Origin: Auanema rhodensis
Lineage: Eukaryota; Animalia; Nematoda
Length of the DNA stretch: 64,000 nt
Assembly: GCA_964057225.1 (NCBI GenBank)
Contig: OZ059895.1
Location: forward strand, 5,890,001 to 5,954,000
Reading direction: 5' to 3'
The position numbers and the translations under genes are program-made. Below, piece by piece: positions 39,401 to 51,297 of the stretch. How positions within the stretch are numbered: position 1 is the stretch's first letter; every line of letters begins with the position of its first letter. Under the pieces are notes generated by a model. That model did not search any database, was not told the origin of the DNA, and saw nothing but the letters and a program-made list of their open reading frames with translations.

Positions 39401-42400
39401 CTCACAAACAATGTGCCAGTGTGTTTGGTCAACCCCCTAAAACATACGAAGCGAACCACTAATGAAGAACCTTTTTGTGTTGAATCAGAAGGCAGTCTAG
39501 CTGAATAAGTTCATGAAAGCTTTATACCAAATGCTGGCAATAAAGGGATCCAAAAGGATCAGTGGGGAAGGTAAGAGATGTGAGACGTGAGATGTTCCAT
39601 CTTTTCCACTTTTTCTCGATTTGCCTCGTTCTTCTTATTTCTTTCGTTATCTTTCTACATGTCCTCTTTCCTTTTCACGATTGATAGATGAAGAAGAAGA
39701 ATCATCCGTGAACAGTCCACTTGTGATTGGCAAACAATTTTTGAAAAGATTCAGACGAGCCAATACTGAGTTGGCCAATCTAAGATTCAACTGTTTTGTT
39801 TCTCTCAAAATCTTCAAAGATATTTTCCTTCTCTAGTATAAATCATAAGAGAGGTGATGTCTATCTGATAACTCCGAAACCTTTTCGAATATCACGTCAT
39901 CAAAAGCACCATTTAGGTTATAAGCTTTTCTACTTCACTTCATAAACAATCTATATATTACTTCAAGAATATAAATATTATTACTGAATGATCTTACTTT
40001 TAATCTTTCTATCAAGTTCAACACATTCTTTAATCTCTTCAATTTATGTTTTCAAGTTATTAATTGGCCCCTAGATGGCAATTCCATCATATATTTTGCT
40101 TTATAATATTATATATTCTATATTTAATATAGTTTAAGTTTATAAAAAGATAGTTTTTATTATTCTCTATAGATTATTACGTGAGAGATTGCGTCATCGA
40201 GATATAGATATGCATATGTTTCTCACTACTGCCTCAACCCGCCTCCTAAAAAGCTGTTGAAATGTTTTAATTTTCCTCTTAATTTCTTACAGTTTCATTC
40301 TTTCTTTCTCAATTCTTGTTGAATCCTTGCCATCCTTCTCATTTTCCTCCATTTGTCCCTTCATACATCTGTTATTCATTTGAAACTGCCGTCGTCTAAG
40401 CCACAAAGCATAACGTTCTTTTTTCTGCGTTCAGGGACCTTGCTCTGTCTTGCTCCCCCACACCAACCAGCATCTTCTCCTTCTACACTCACTATCTTAC
40501 TGCTCCCTCATCTCATTTTCGCCCTCCGCTTATCTGACATCCGGTGCTCGGTGTCCTTCCATCTCATCGTCAACGAACGATTCGATGACTGCCTCACGAC
40601 TGAATTCATCTGACTGGTTAACTGACTGGTTGAAGAGTCTTTCTTTATTCTTTATTCATCTTCGCTTCTCTTCTATTTTGACGTCGAATCTTAAACTGCC
40701 CTATTCACATCACAACTTGCGCTTCTGACCTCCCGAAATTTGAGGCAGCGCAGACAGCAATCATTGCTCGTTGAATCATCTTCCGTTGGCTGATAGTCTA
40801 CCCCCATCCGTTGGACTCATACTGACTTTCAACCAGCCACAATCTACTAGCCCACTCCCGCCCTCCCTTCACACTTGTCTATCCAGAATGTTAATCAGTA
40901 CGTTCTTTCAACTAAAATTACGTCATTTTTATAACAAAAACTTTCAAATGTGGAGGTGGTTGATTCTATTTTGTGATCTTCATCTCTCAAAGTTCTATTT
41001 CGCAGTTTTTTATATTTATTTACTTCCAGTAAATGTAAGCAATTCAAAGTCTTCGGATGTAGGGATATATTACTTGTTGAAATTTCAAAAGTTTTGTAGA
41101 AAAGTGATTGAGGCTGTTCTTTGAATGAAATAATCGTTTATCTTGTCAATACATCCACCCCCAATCTTATCATTTTCTCAACTTCAACTATTCTCTTTTT
41201 TTCTTTTTCAACCTCTTTTTCTTCAGTTTTTCCTCTTTTTTAACAAACAGTTTTGTTGTTGTTATTGCTCTTTTTTCTTCTTGGCCGTCTTTTCCTCTTG
41301 CCAAGATTCTCCTTATGCCTTTTGTTCCATTTTTTGGTTTCTATCTTCCATTTGTTGCCTATGTATGTATATGTATCTATCTTATAAGAGAGACATAGAA
41401 AGCGGAAAATGATTGACAAGCTTGAGAGAAACGAGGGAAGGGCAGAATACGAGGGAGAATTAATTGTGAAAATGGGGTAAGAACCATGATGGTTCATCTG
41501 CCTATCCTTTTCTCTCTACTTATCTTCTTTACCTTCTATCCAACATTTTTATAGTTTTATTTTGTTTATAAAACAACATCAGTAACATGATTACCACCCT
41601 CACAACACCATCTCGTTTTTGCTTCTCCGTTTTCTTTCTTTTGATATCTCTCTATCTTTTTCTATCTCTACCTCTCTCTCTTTTTATCTCTCTCTTTCTC
41701 TCTCTCTTTCTCTCTCTCACCTCTCTCTCTCTATCTTTCTCGCTCTCTTCTATATCTATATCATACTCTTTCTTCCCCCTCTTCTCTCTATTTTGCGAAC
41801 AACATAGACATAACAAGTTGCAAATACACCACAAACACATTCCACGCAGCAACCCGAACGAGCAACAAGCTTCGTCAGGCATCTGACTTTTAGCTTCACG
41901 TCCAATTGTCACACTCATTTGCTCCATCTCTCTACCTCTCTACGCTGCATGCCTAAGCCTTCATCTCTTATAACAAAATACAATAACAATCTAAAATTCT
42001 TCAAATATCTAACATTTACCTAACTGTATGTGTTTCGAATTATAAAAAGTTTATCAAAGATTTTATAAAAAAATAATATTTACATTAAAATTTAAAATAG
42101 ATTTCTTATGTTAATTATGATTTTTTTTTCTTTATCTTTATAAGCATTTTATTGAATTTCTTATTAAATTTCAAAAAAAATCTTAATGTATAATTATATT
42201 TATTATTTTTCTTTAATTAAAGAGAAATTATTTTGATTTTTTGCTCTTTCTTTGTAATTTTCAATTTATCCAAATTACATTTGATCTTGTTCAAAAGATT
42301 TCTTGGTTGCTCCTCTGTCTTTCTCACTCTTCGTTACCCTCTCTGATTTTCGGTATGTGTTTGTACATTTGAGATTTTGTGAATAAAATGTACAAGGACA

Positions 42401-42883
42401 GCTCAGCCATTTGGGCCAATTAGTCCACATCCACACAACCAAATTCGCTTTTCGTCCGCCTGGCCCCCGCAAAGAACCTGATGATGATGCTTCTCCTTCC
42501 ATTTCTCTCTTCTTCCCTCCTTTAGCACCGCTTCTCTCATTCTTTTCCTCAATCTTCCTGCTCTTGTCTCTCTTTCTCCTATTTCTTTTTTATTTTCTCT
42601 CGTTTCATTCTCCATAATTTATTGACAAAATGCCTTTCTGATTTTCAATTGCCCAGATTTTCGTTGTATCCTTCACTCGTCTCTTTTTCACATTTTGTTA
42701 GGTTATGTGATTTACTTTTAAAATAAAGAAACATAAAAAAAGAAATATGTATATTCCAACTCGTAATCTCAGCTCATGTAACATGTATGTATTCATGTAT
42801 TACATTTAATTTCATATGCATTTCATTCATAACTCTCTTCGTCTTTTCTTTCTTATGTTTTCTTTTTAATTATTATTTTTCAG

Positions 42884-42974
42884 CTGCTTTCATTCAACGG
42901 CGGTCAGACTTCAATCAAATGTCTGGCTACCGCAGGAGGGTGAGTTTTTTCATATTTCAACAGTACTTTAGATT

Positions 42975-43022
<48 letters not shown>

Positions 43023-45622
43023 TTATTTATTTATAGGGAAGTGGCGATTCAAACTACAGTCATCATGATGATGATTTATTGGAAGCCGGTAATCGGGAAA
43101 CACTTCGACGAGACGCAGAAAGGCAGGCAGCACTTCAATTAGAAAGAGCTAAAGTTAGTTAGAGAGAGAAATTGTTTTGTTTCAACACAACTATTATTAT
43201 CTTTCATAAATTATATTTGTTATATTTAGTATAAGCCTGTTGCGTTTGCGGTATGTACAAATGTAGAATATGACGGATCCGTAGATGATGATTCACCTGT
43301 TCATGGTTGTGCTGTATCATTTAAAGTCAAAGACTTCTTGCACATTAAAGAGGTTAGTTATGATTGTTTTTTTATTAAATATACTTCTCAAATATATTTT
43401 TTCATATTACTTTTAGCTAGATTTATCATAATAATAATAATAATTTTGTTGTAAAATACATATATTTGTGTTTACGTCTTTTCAAATTTGCTCTAATTAG
43501 CATAATTCAACACTAAACCGGGTAATCAATCGGTCAGTGTAGAACGTTAATTTCACGTGATAGTTATTTTGTTTTCAATTACTTGCATTCGTTGACCAAT
43601 AACCTTCATTATTTTTCATTTTATTTTTATTTTTTTTAGAAATATAATAACGATTGGTGGATTGGTCGATTAGTTAAAGAAGGTCATGATCTCGGCTTCA
43701 TACCATCTCCTGTTAAGTTGGAAAGCTTACGGCAGCAAACAGCTAAAGCTGGTAAATTGTAAGTGATCTATTATTTAACTTTATTTTAATGAAATTTCCA
43801 AATATTTAGCAAACAATCAACGTCAACTTCGAATCTAGGAAATTTGGATAATATGATGCCACGCAGTGGCTCGAGGAGTTCTACTCCGCCTACACCAGGT
43901 AGTTTTTCCATTTAACATCATTATTCGTTAGATTCATCTTATTTTCCTTATCCTTGAAATTTTTTGTTTATTTTCTTCTTTTTAAGGAGATGATGAAGAG
44001 TTAAATGCACCAAAAATGGCTAACATTGTAACTACACCACCAACTAAAGAAAAGAAAAAGCTTATATTTAAAAAGGTTAGTTAATTTATATCTTTAATTA
44101 TATTTATGATTTAATTTATAGCAAGAAAATGTGCCCCCATATGATGTAGTGCCTTCAATGAGGCCAGTTGTTTTAGTTGGACCATCATTAAAAGGTTATG
44201 AAGTTACGGACATGATGCAAAAAGCTGTATTTGACTATTTGAAACATCGCTTTGAAGGACGGTATGTATTCGTATTTTGAAGAACATTCCAATCATTTGT
44301 TTGTTTCAGCATTATAATAACTAGAGTTACGGCAGATATATCATTAGCTAAAAGATCATTACTGAATAATCCCAGTAAGCGAGCTTTGATGGAAAGGGCA
44401 AACTCACGATCAAGCAATAGTCTAGGTATGGGCAGTTTTTTCAATTTTATTATTTCGATACTTTCCGTTTCAGCTGAAATTCAAGCAGAAATTGAACGAA
44501 TATTTGAGCTAGCTCGCTCGATGCAACTTGTTGTTCTGGATTGTGATACAATTAACCATCCGTCGCAATTAGCAAAAACGAGCTTAGCTCCAATTCATGT
44601 ATATATTAAAATTAGTTCACCTAAGGTATGTTTACTATTTTTTCTGTTTTTTTTTCTTTAAACATGTTAAAACTAAAGTCAATATAGCTTTTATCGATTC
44701 ATTCGCAATATAAAACAAGCAATTTTTTGTTTTCATTTTTCTTACATTTCTAGGTCCTTCAACGATTAATTAAATCTCGAAGTAAGTCTCAAAGCAGAAA
44801 CATGAATGTTCAGATGGTTGCTGCTGAGAAGTTAGCGCAATGCCCACCAGTACGTTTTTGTATGTTTCAACATTTTCATATGTGCTTGTTTTAGGAACTT
44901 TTCGATGTATTATTAGATGAAAATCAATTAGAAGATGCCTGTGAGCATTTAGCAGATTTTATGGAGGTAATTTTTTTAAACTTCGTTTTATTTAATGAAC
45001 ACTGATAAGTATGTTGTACATTATGTTAACGCTATTGTAGGCTTACTGGAGAGCTACTCATCCACCAGTTCGAAGTCCGCCAAGAATTAAGCGTAATCCA
45101 ATGGAAAACCGTGGACCAAGTACCCTCTTCACTCCAGCTCAAATGATGCAGGTAAGATAGTTTTTTTCAATGTATAGTCTATATTGCATTACTATATATT
45201 ATAGGGTACTGGTGGTATGGCTTCAAACGGAGGAATGCAACTACAGACACAGCCATCTACAGCTTCATTAGGAATGATGGGTGGTTCAATCAATCAGCAA
45301 ATGGGTGCTACAGGAATGTCTACCGGTCCAATGGGTCATGCTGCTCCTGTGGGACGACCAGGCATGACCAATCCACAAATCAGTGTTCAACAGGTATGTT
45401 TAACATCACTCTTTGAAAGTCGGAAATAATTAAGTTTTATTAACATTATTTTTTTAGTCCACATCGTCAATGCCTTCTGGTGGTGTTTATTATGGCCAGA
45501 TGAATCATCAGCAGCAAATGCAGAAGCAACAAGCACAGCGGATGAATGATCGGCATGGGTTTGATGAGTATGATGAAGTTGATATGCATCATGCTTATGA
45601 ACGTGGAACATATCGATATTGA
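42884..45622 (+). CDS. ccb-1: Voltage-gated calcium channel beta subunit (SH3-HOOK-GK); the N-terminus may extend to upstream exon(s), nearest in-frame ATG at 42919
   Basis: Spliced translation GSGDSNYS...[15 protein letters not shown]...[22 protein letters not shown]...[59 protein letters not shown]...[23 protein letters not shown], ending YERGTYRY*. Confidence 0.95.
42978..43018. repeat. (TA)n microsatellite inside a ccb-1 intron
   Basis: TA run seen directly within intron 42940-43036. Confidence 0.9.
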
Positions 45623-46837
45623 GTCTATGCTCAGTTTATCATTACTATAATCATTGTTAATGACAACATGGTCATCAGTTGCCTGTTCCAGCGCTATGAC
45701 TTTGATTAGCGTCAACATCCTTATATACCGACGCTTTCTTCATCGTCTGCACCGGTCTGACATCACATCGTTCTCGGGTTTTTCGATCATCTCCCTTTGT
45801 TTTCTTCTGTTCAGTTCAGTCAATCAGTACCTTTCTATCTTATCTTCGATCTATTTTTTTCAGAAGGTTATCCCAATCTCATTGAAAATTTTCCAGTCGT
45901 CTTATATTATCACTCTTTCTTCCTCTCAAAACCTCATTAAGACCATGATTTCGGTTACAAATACACGTGCCATTCAACTTTCTCCAAAACCGTTAAAATT
46001 CACCCAGTGATTAATTTTCCCATATATTAAATAATATGAGATTATAATTCTATATAAATATATATGTATATGTATACGTATATTTTCATATATGTATATG
46101 TATATTTATATATACACATATACATATATTTATTTAAATACGGCCTTATAGACAGTTTTTCAATTGCACCAAATCTTTTCAGCTTAGAACCTATAAAATC
46201 CTTAAAACCGCCATTCTAGTCCAACTCTGAAATTCTAGTCCTGCTTCCCCACCTACTCTTCTCCAAAATAGCATGATATAATAAGCTGTTAACAGCAAAT
46301 GAACATACATTTTTGCTTTTTGGCTCAACGTGATAATATAAAAAGCTAAACAAAAAGGAAAAAAATAAGTAATATTTTCTCATGTTTTATTCTTCTTCGT
46401 TGGGAGAACTGATGACTCATATCTTTATTATATTTTTTGTATATGCAGATGAAAAATATGAATAGATCGCATAGGAGCAAATAAAGTTCTAATTTTTATT
46501 ATATTTTGTTATTACAAAGAAAAGATTTATATAAAAAAGTGGTTTAGCTCTTGGATAAAACGGATTAAATCACAAGACATTTTAACACAGCTGGCAAGAG
46601 CAGAACTTTTGGTAGAAAGACAGTCAGATCAGTAGAATGAATATGGTATAGAATATGGTTTCAAACGACCAGAATATTAGAATCAGTACATACTAGATCG
46701 ATTAAATATAACTTTAATCGTCAATTCGAAAGAGAGAGGTAAAAAATTGTTATTGTGAATAAGATCTAACTCAGTGAACGAATAGCATGCATGCAACAGA
46801 AAACCCGTAAAAAAGTGAAACAAAAGTAGGCGCTGGA

Positions 46838-49800
46838 TTAATTTGCTTTACTTCTAGCTCTAGTTACTCTCGTACTGTGGGACTCTGACAAGTTTTCTTT
46901 CGATGCATGATGGGAGATTTCAAATCTTTTCATTTTATCCTGAAAATAAAAAATAAAAATTAATTACTTCTGATTTTCCACTTTTAATTCCGCATTTTCT
47001 TTCTTGAGGTCAACATTTTCTTGTTTAATCTTGGCAAATGTTTTGATCTTAACAGATAAATATTGGTATTAAGTTTTTAAATATAGGTTAAACCTTCTGT
47101 TTCTGATTTTGATGTCCTATGAAATGACTTAAGCTCTCTTTATCTTGGTCATGTTGATCAGCTAAAAAGGCATTGTCCTAAAATTAACATTTTAATACAT
47201 TTGAAATTAAGATTATTGATTACCCTCTTCAACTTCTCTAACTCTTCGAATGCTTTACTGTAAGCTTCCTCTTTTGTGCTATATTCATGAAGCAATCCTT
47301 CATACTTTTCGGACAATTCGTTATTTTTATGTTCTAACCTATAATGAACATTGCATCCAATTATACAGTTTGCATAAGAACAAACTCTTTCTTCATTGTT
47401 TTAAGTGTATTAATATCAAGCCCTTCGGGAATTTGCTGTGCTAAATTCTGTAAACATACTATTCAGATAAATAACTACATAACTATATACAAATAATTTC
47501 TTGTTCTCTGTGCGCAGATCAGCCATTTCTTTTTGATTTGCATAAAAGTTCCTATCACATCTAAATGATCAATTGTATTATTGTAAAAATCAATATTTTA
47601 ATCACTTTTCTATCAGTGCCTGTTTCTCTTGTTCCAGCATCCGGATATCATCTGTTTGTCTAGCTAATTGATTCTAAAAAAATCAAAGTGATCAAAGAAA
47701 GTAATTAATAAAACCTTTTGTCGTTCGTAGGTACATTCAAGTGTGGAAAGTTCGGTTTCTTTTTGCTTTAACTGGATCTACAAGCAATACTATAAAAGGA
47801 GAAAAATAATTTTTTATACCTCGAGAATATCAATTTTAGCATAAGCTTGTTCCTTTTCCTCCGTGCAATCTATAAGCTTTACCTAAAGTAAATAAGTATA
47901 TAAGATTAAAAAGGTTATTGTCTACTTTTTGCTCCAAAAAAAATTCATTGAGACTTTTATGGGAAGCAGTTATCTCATTCATCGCCTCATTTTTCTCCCG
48001 AATGACCAACTCATGTTGTTCAAAAACACTAGCTATCTTTTCATCATATTCATTTCTCAAGCTATGTATCTTCTTATCATGTTCATTGTTTATGATTTCC
48101 ATATTTTCATCAAGATCTTTAATTTGTTCTGAAACACAAATGATATTTATACCAAAAAATATGAAACTTACTTTCATATTTAATTTTCAAATTCTTTATT
48201 TCTTTCTCAAATAGTTCCCTAGATATTTCAGCCTCTCTTTCTTGTGAATATACTATTTGATTTAATTTATCAAGTTCTCCTAAATAAAATATTGGAAAAT
48301 CAAGAAAAATACCATATTATACCCTGTAACTTGGTATAAATTGCATTTTTCTCTTCTTCGGATTGAGCTAAAGCTTCACGAACATCAGAGTTCTGAATGT
48401 ATATATATATATATATAAATTGCCTAATTATCATTTTCATACCTCTTGTAGAAGGTTTTTCACTTTTTCTCCGTTTTTCTCCAGCATGTTCTCGAGTTCA
48501 ACTTTAACTTTAGTCAACTCCGAATAACTAATTATTCATATAAAACTAAAACAACATAAAATAATAACTTACAGATTTTGGAATTCAGAAGTCTGTTCTT
48601 GTGAACGAGATAATTCACTTTCTAAAGTCATAATGATGTTATCCTTTTGATCAACCAAATTATTTGCATTTTCCAATTGGATCTCTAATTCCATAATTTG
48701 AGTTTCCATTTTCTTTGAGGAAGGCTTAAACCAATAATCAGCATGAATACTTGATATATCTCGCACCTCATTCTCATCGTTGGCCTGTTCACGTATCTCT
48801 TCATCTCCCCAAACAATCTGCTGGCACTTCTTATTTCTTTGAATAACTTCTTTCTAAAGAACAGCATACACTATATTTAACATATACAATATTAACTTGA
48901 GTTGACAATGTATAACGAGTTCGTCGACGCTCTCTTCTCTGTTTAGGTGTCATTTGAGAAACATTCAAATCAACATTTTCAAGTTTAGCTCCTGGGGGGG
49001 ATGCGCATCGACTAGATACATCACATCCATTAACTAACTCAACCATTCTGTCTTTAAGTGCAGATAATTCGACATCTTTCTAAATGATTGATTATAGAAA
49101 GATATTACAGAAATGAAATACTACCTCTATCAATTGCTGTTGAAGATCAAATAGAAAAACAGCATCAGGCCCTGTAACATTTTCTAATCGAGTCCTCATT
49201 TCATTTTCAAACATTTTCGATATTTTTTCTTCAGCTTCCTAAAGAACCAAATATATTAATTTGAAACCTAAAATTCGCCTAACCGCTTGAGATAAACTGC
49301 ATCTAATAGTTTTACATCTATTCTGAACTCTTAATTTAGTCATATCTAATTCGAGTGTTTTCATCATAGTCTCGTAATGATCTTTGTCCCCTCTCAATTG
49401 ATTACAGACATTTTCTAGCTCCCTTTTTAATGCTAAAAAAATTACCTAAGAAGCAATACTCTTTTTCTACAAACCTGAAACCTCTTCATCTTTTTCCTTA
49501 TTTAACCGTGTTATTTCTTTTTTCAACGAATCAACACTTTCACCACAAATTTCTCTGTTAGCTTGGGCGTGGTTCTTAACCATCTTGCATTCGTGTGCAA
49601 ATCGTAACGTAGAAAGAGTTTCCGCATAGTAACTAAAAAGAAGCGTATCAACTTTAATGAAAATCATATAATTACCTGGGGTCAGGATGTACAGAAACAA
49701 TCACAGATGTTCGGCTGTTTCCTCCAAGTGAATCTTTTAGTATATGGGTAAGCTTCGAGTCTCTGTATGGTATAAACTCTCCTTTTCCTTTCGATAAGGT

Positions 49801-50984
49801 TCTGATCACGCGGCCCAGAACTGTTAGACTCTAGAAAAGACAATGATATTTCATTTCTGTTTACATTCAACATGATAATATACCTGATTAATGTTATTTG
49901 CTTCCTTTAATCTAATACCAGATGTTAGTGAGGACGACTGTCTTTCCGATCCGGCTAAATCAACCAAATTCAATGTACAATGCTTCCTGTTGACAACTCC
50001 ATCTTGGTCTTCCTCCATTGTTACCTTAACAAATAACATAGAAAGGACAAAATTATATGAAAACCTCGATTATAAAAATTGCGTGGGAACGAGAAGATTC
50101 TATATTCATAGCAGTTGAAGCTTTGGATCTTCGTGCCCAGCCAATTTCTACTGTCTGAAATATTTAACAAGCTTCTTTTAAAACATTTTAGTTGTTGCTT
50201 ACGCGCATAATATCAACGGAAGAGCACACAGATTCCTGTGTGACATCTATCAAAGTAACTTTCTTAAAAGTAAAATTATTTAAACAAATCTACATTAAAA
50301 TTTTACCTTGTCATCTGCTCTAATATTAATTTGCTTATGATCTCCAGACAACAAATCATATATTATCTCATTATATAGCTCAACAAAAGATACAGTCAAA
50401 TGTGAACTGAATTTAGACCCAAGCTGAAAATCCTACATCTGACAAAAAATTAAAAGATAACCTACTTCTTTTTGCTTAGAATCTAAAAGGTTTACAAGAT
50501 GTTCAGCAGCCCTAGGAACCACTCCTTTCTGTAGATCATTATACATAAAATTGCAATCTTGGCCTGGGCCAAGCATAGTGTGGGTTTTACCAGACCCAGT
50601 TTGTCCTGTAAAATGAAAGAATATACTGAGAAACATTAAAAAATTAACCATAAGCAAATATGGTTCCATTATATCCATCGAGACAACTTTCGACGATGCG
50701 CTTACCCACGGCTTCAAACACTTGTACCTATTTTATTAAAAATATAAAGAAAATTTAATGTATATTGTTTTACTTGGGTGCTATCTTGAGATAGTACGCC
50801 ATCGTAGGCAAAACATTGGTTTGAAAGTTGGTTTGGTTGATAGGTTCTAAACAAAAGTTTTATTCAATAGAAGATGGAGAAGTAGATACAATATAGTATT
50901 AGCTTTAACTGTGAGAGGTGATTCCTTGGCACCCGATTTGGATGGCCGGACCCTTGCAAATACTCTAATATATTCCGTGGCCAT
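46838..50984 (-). CDS. klp-18: Kinesin-12 (KIF15/KLP-18-like), N-terminal motor plus long coiled coil (multi-exon)
   Basis: [15 protein letters not shown]-loop [58 protein letters not shown], and the C-terminal [11 protein letters not shown] motif characteristic of KIF15/HMMR. The family call is firm; klp-18 versus its paralogue is less certain. Confidence 0.85.
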
Positions 50985-51240
50985 TCCAGCTATATAAAAG
51001 AAATTTTGATTAAAAGAGCCAACAGATGTAATACAATTATCAGAAGAAGAAAAATAGAAAAGTAAAATTCTTAATAATATTAACTTATTTAACTACTATA
51101 AAAGGTAAATATTTTAAATTGCAAAAGTCACAAAAACTCATTATGCAAATTTTTGAAAATCGATAATCATATAGTAAAAATATATAATATACTATCTTAT
51201 AACTAGCAAGCTTTCATCGATCCGATAAGGAATTCATGCT

Positions 51241-51297
51241 TTTGGCGCCTTTCAGAGAAGAAAATCATTTATATATTTTCCCGCCAAAACAATTCAA
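51241..51297. promoter_or_regulatory. Candidate E2F/DREAM-type elements upstream of the kinesin-12 gene
   Basis: TTTGGCGC (51241-51248) and TTTCCCGC (51277-51284) match the TTTSSCGC consensus, followed by TTCAAA (CHR-like TTYRAA), about 260-310 bp upstream of the kinesin ATG. Confidence 0.5.
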
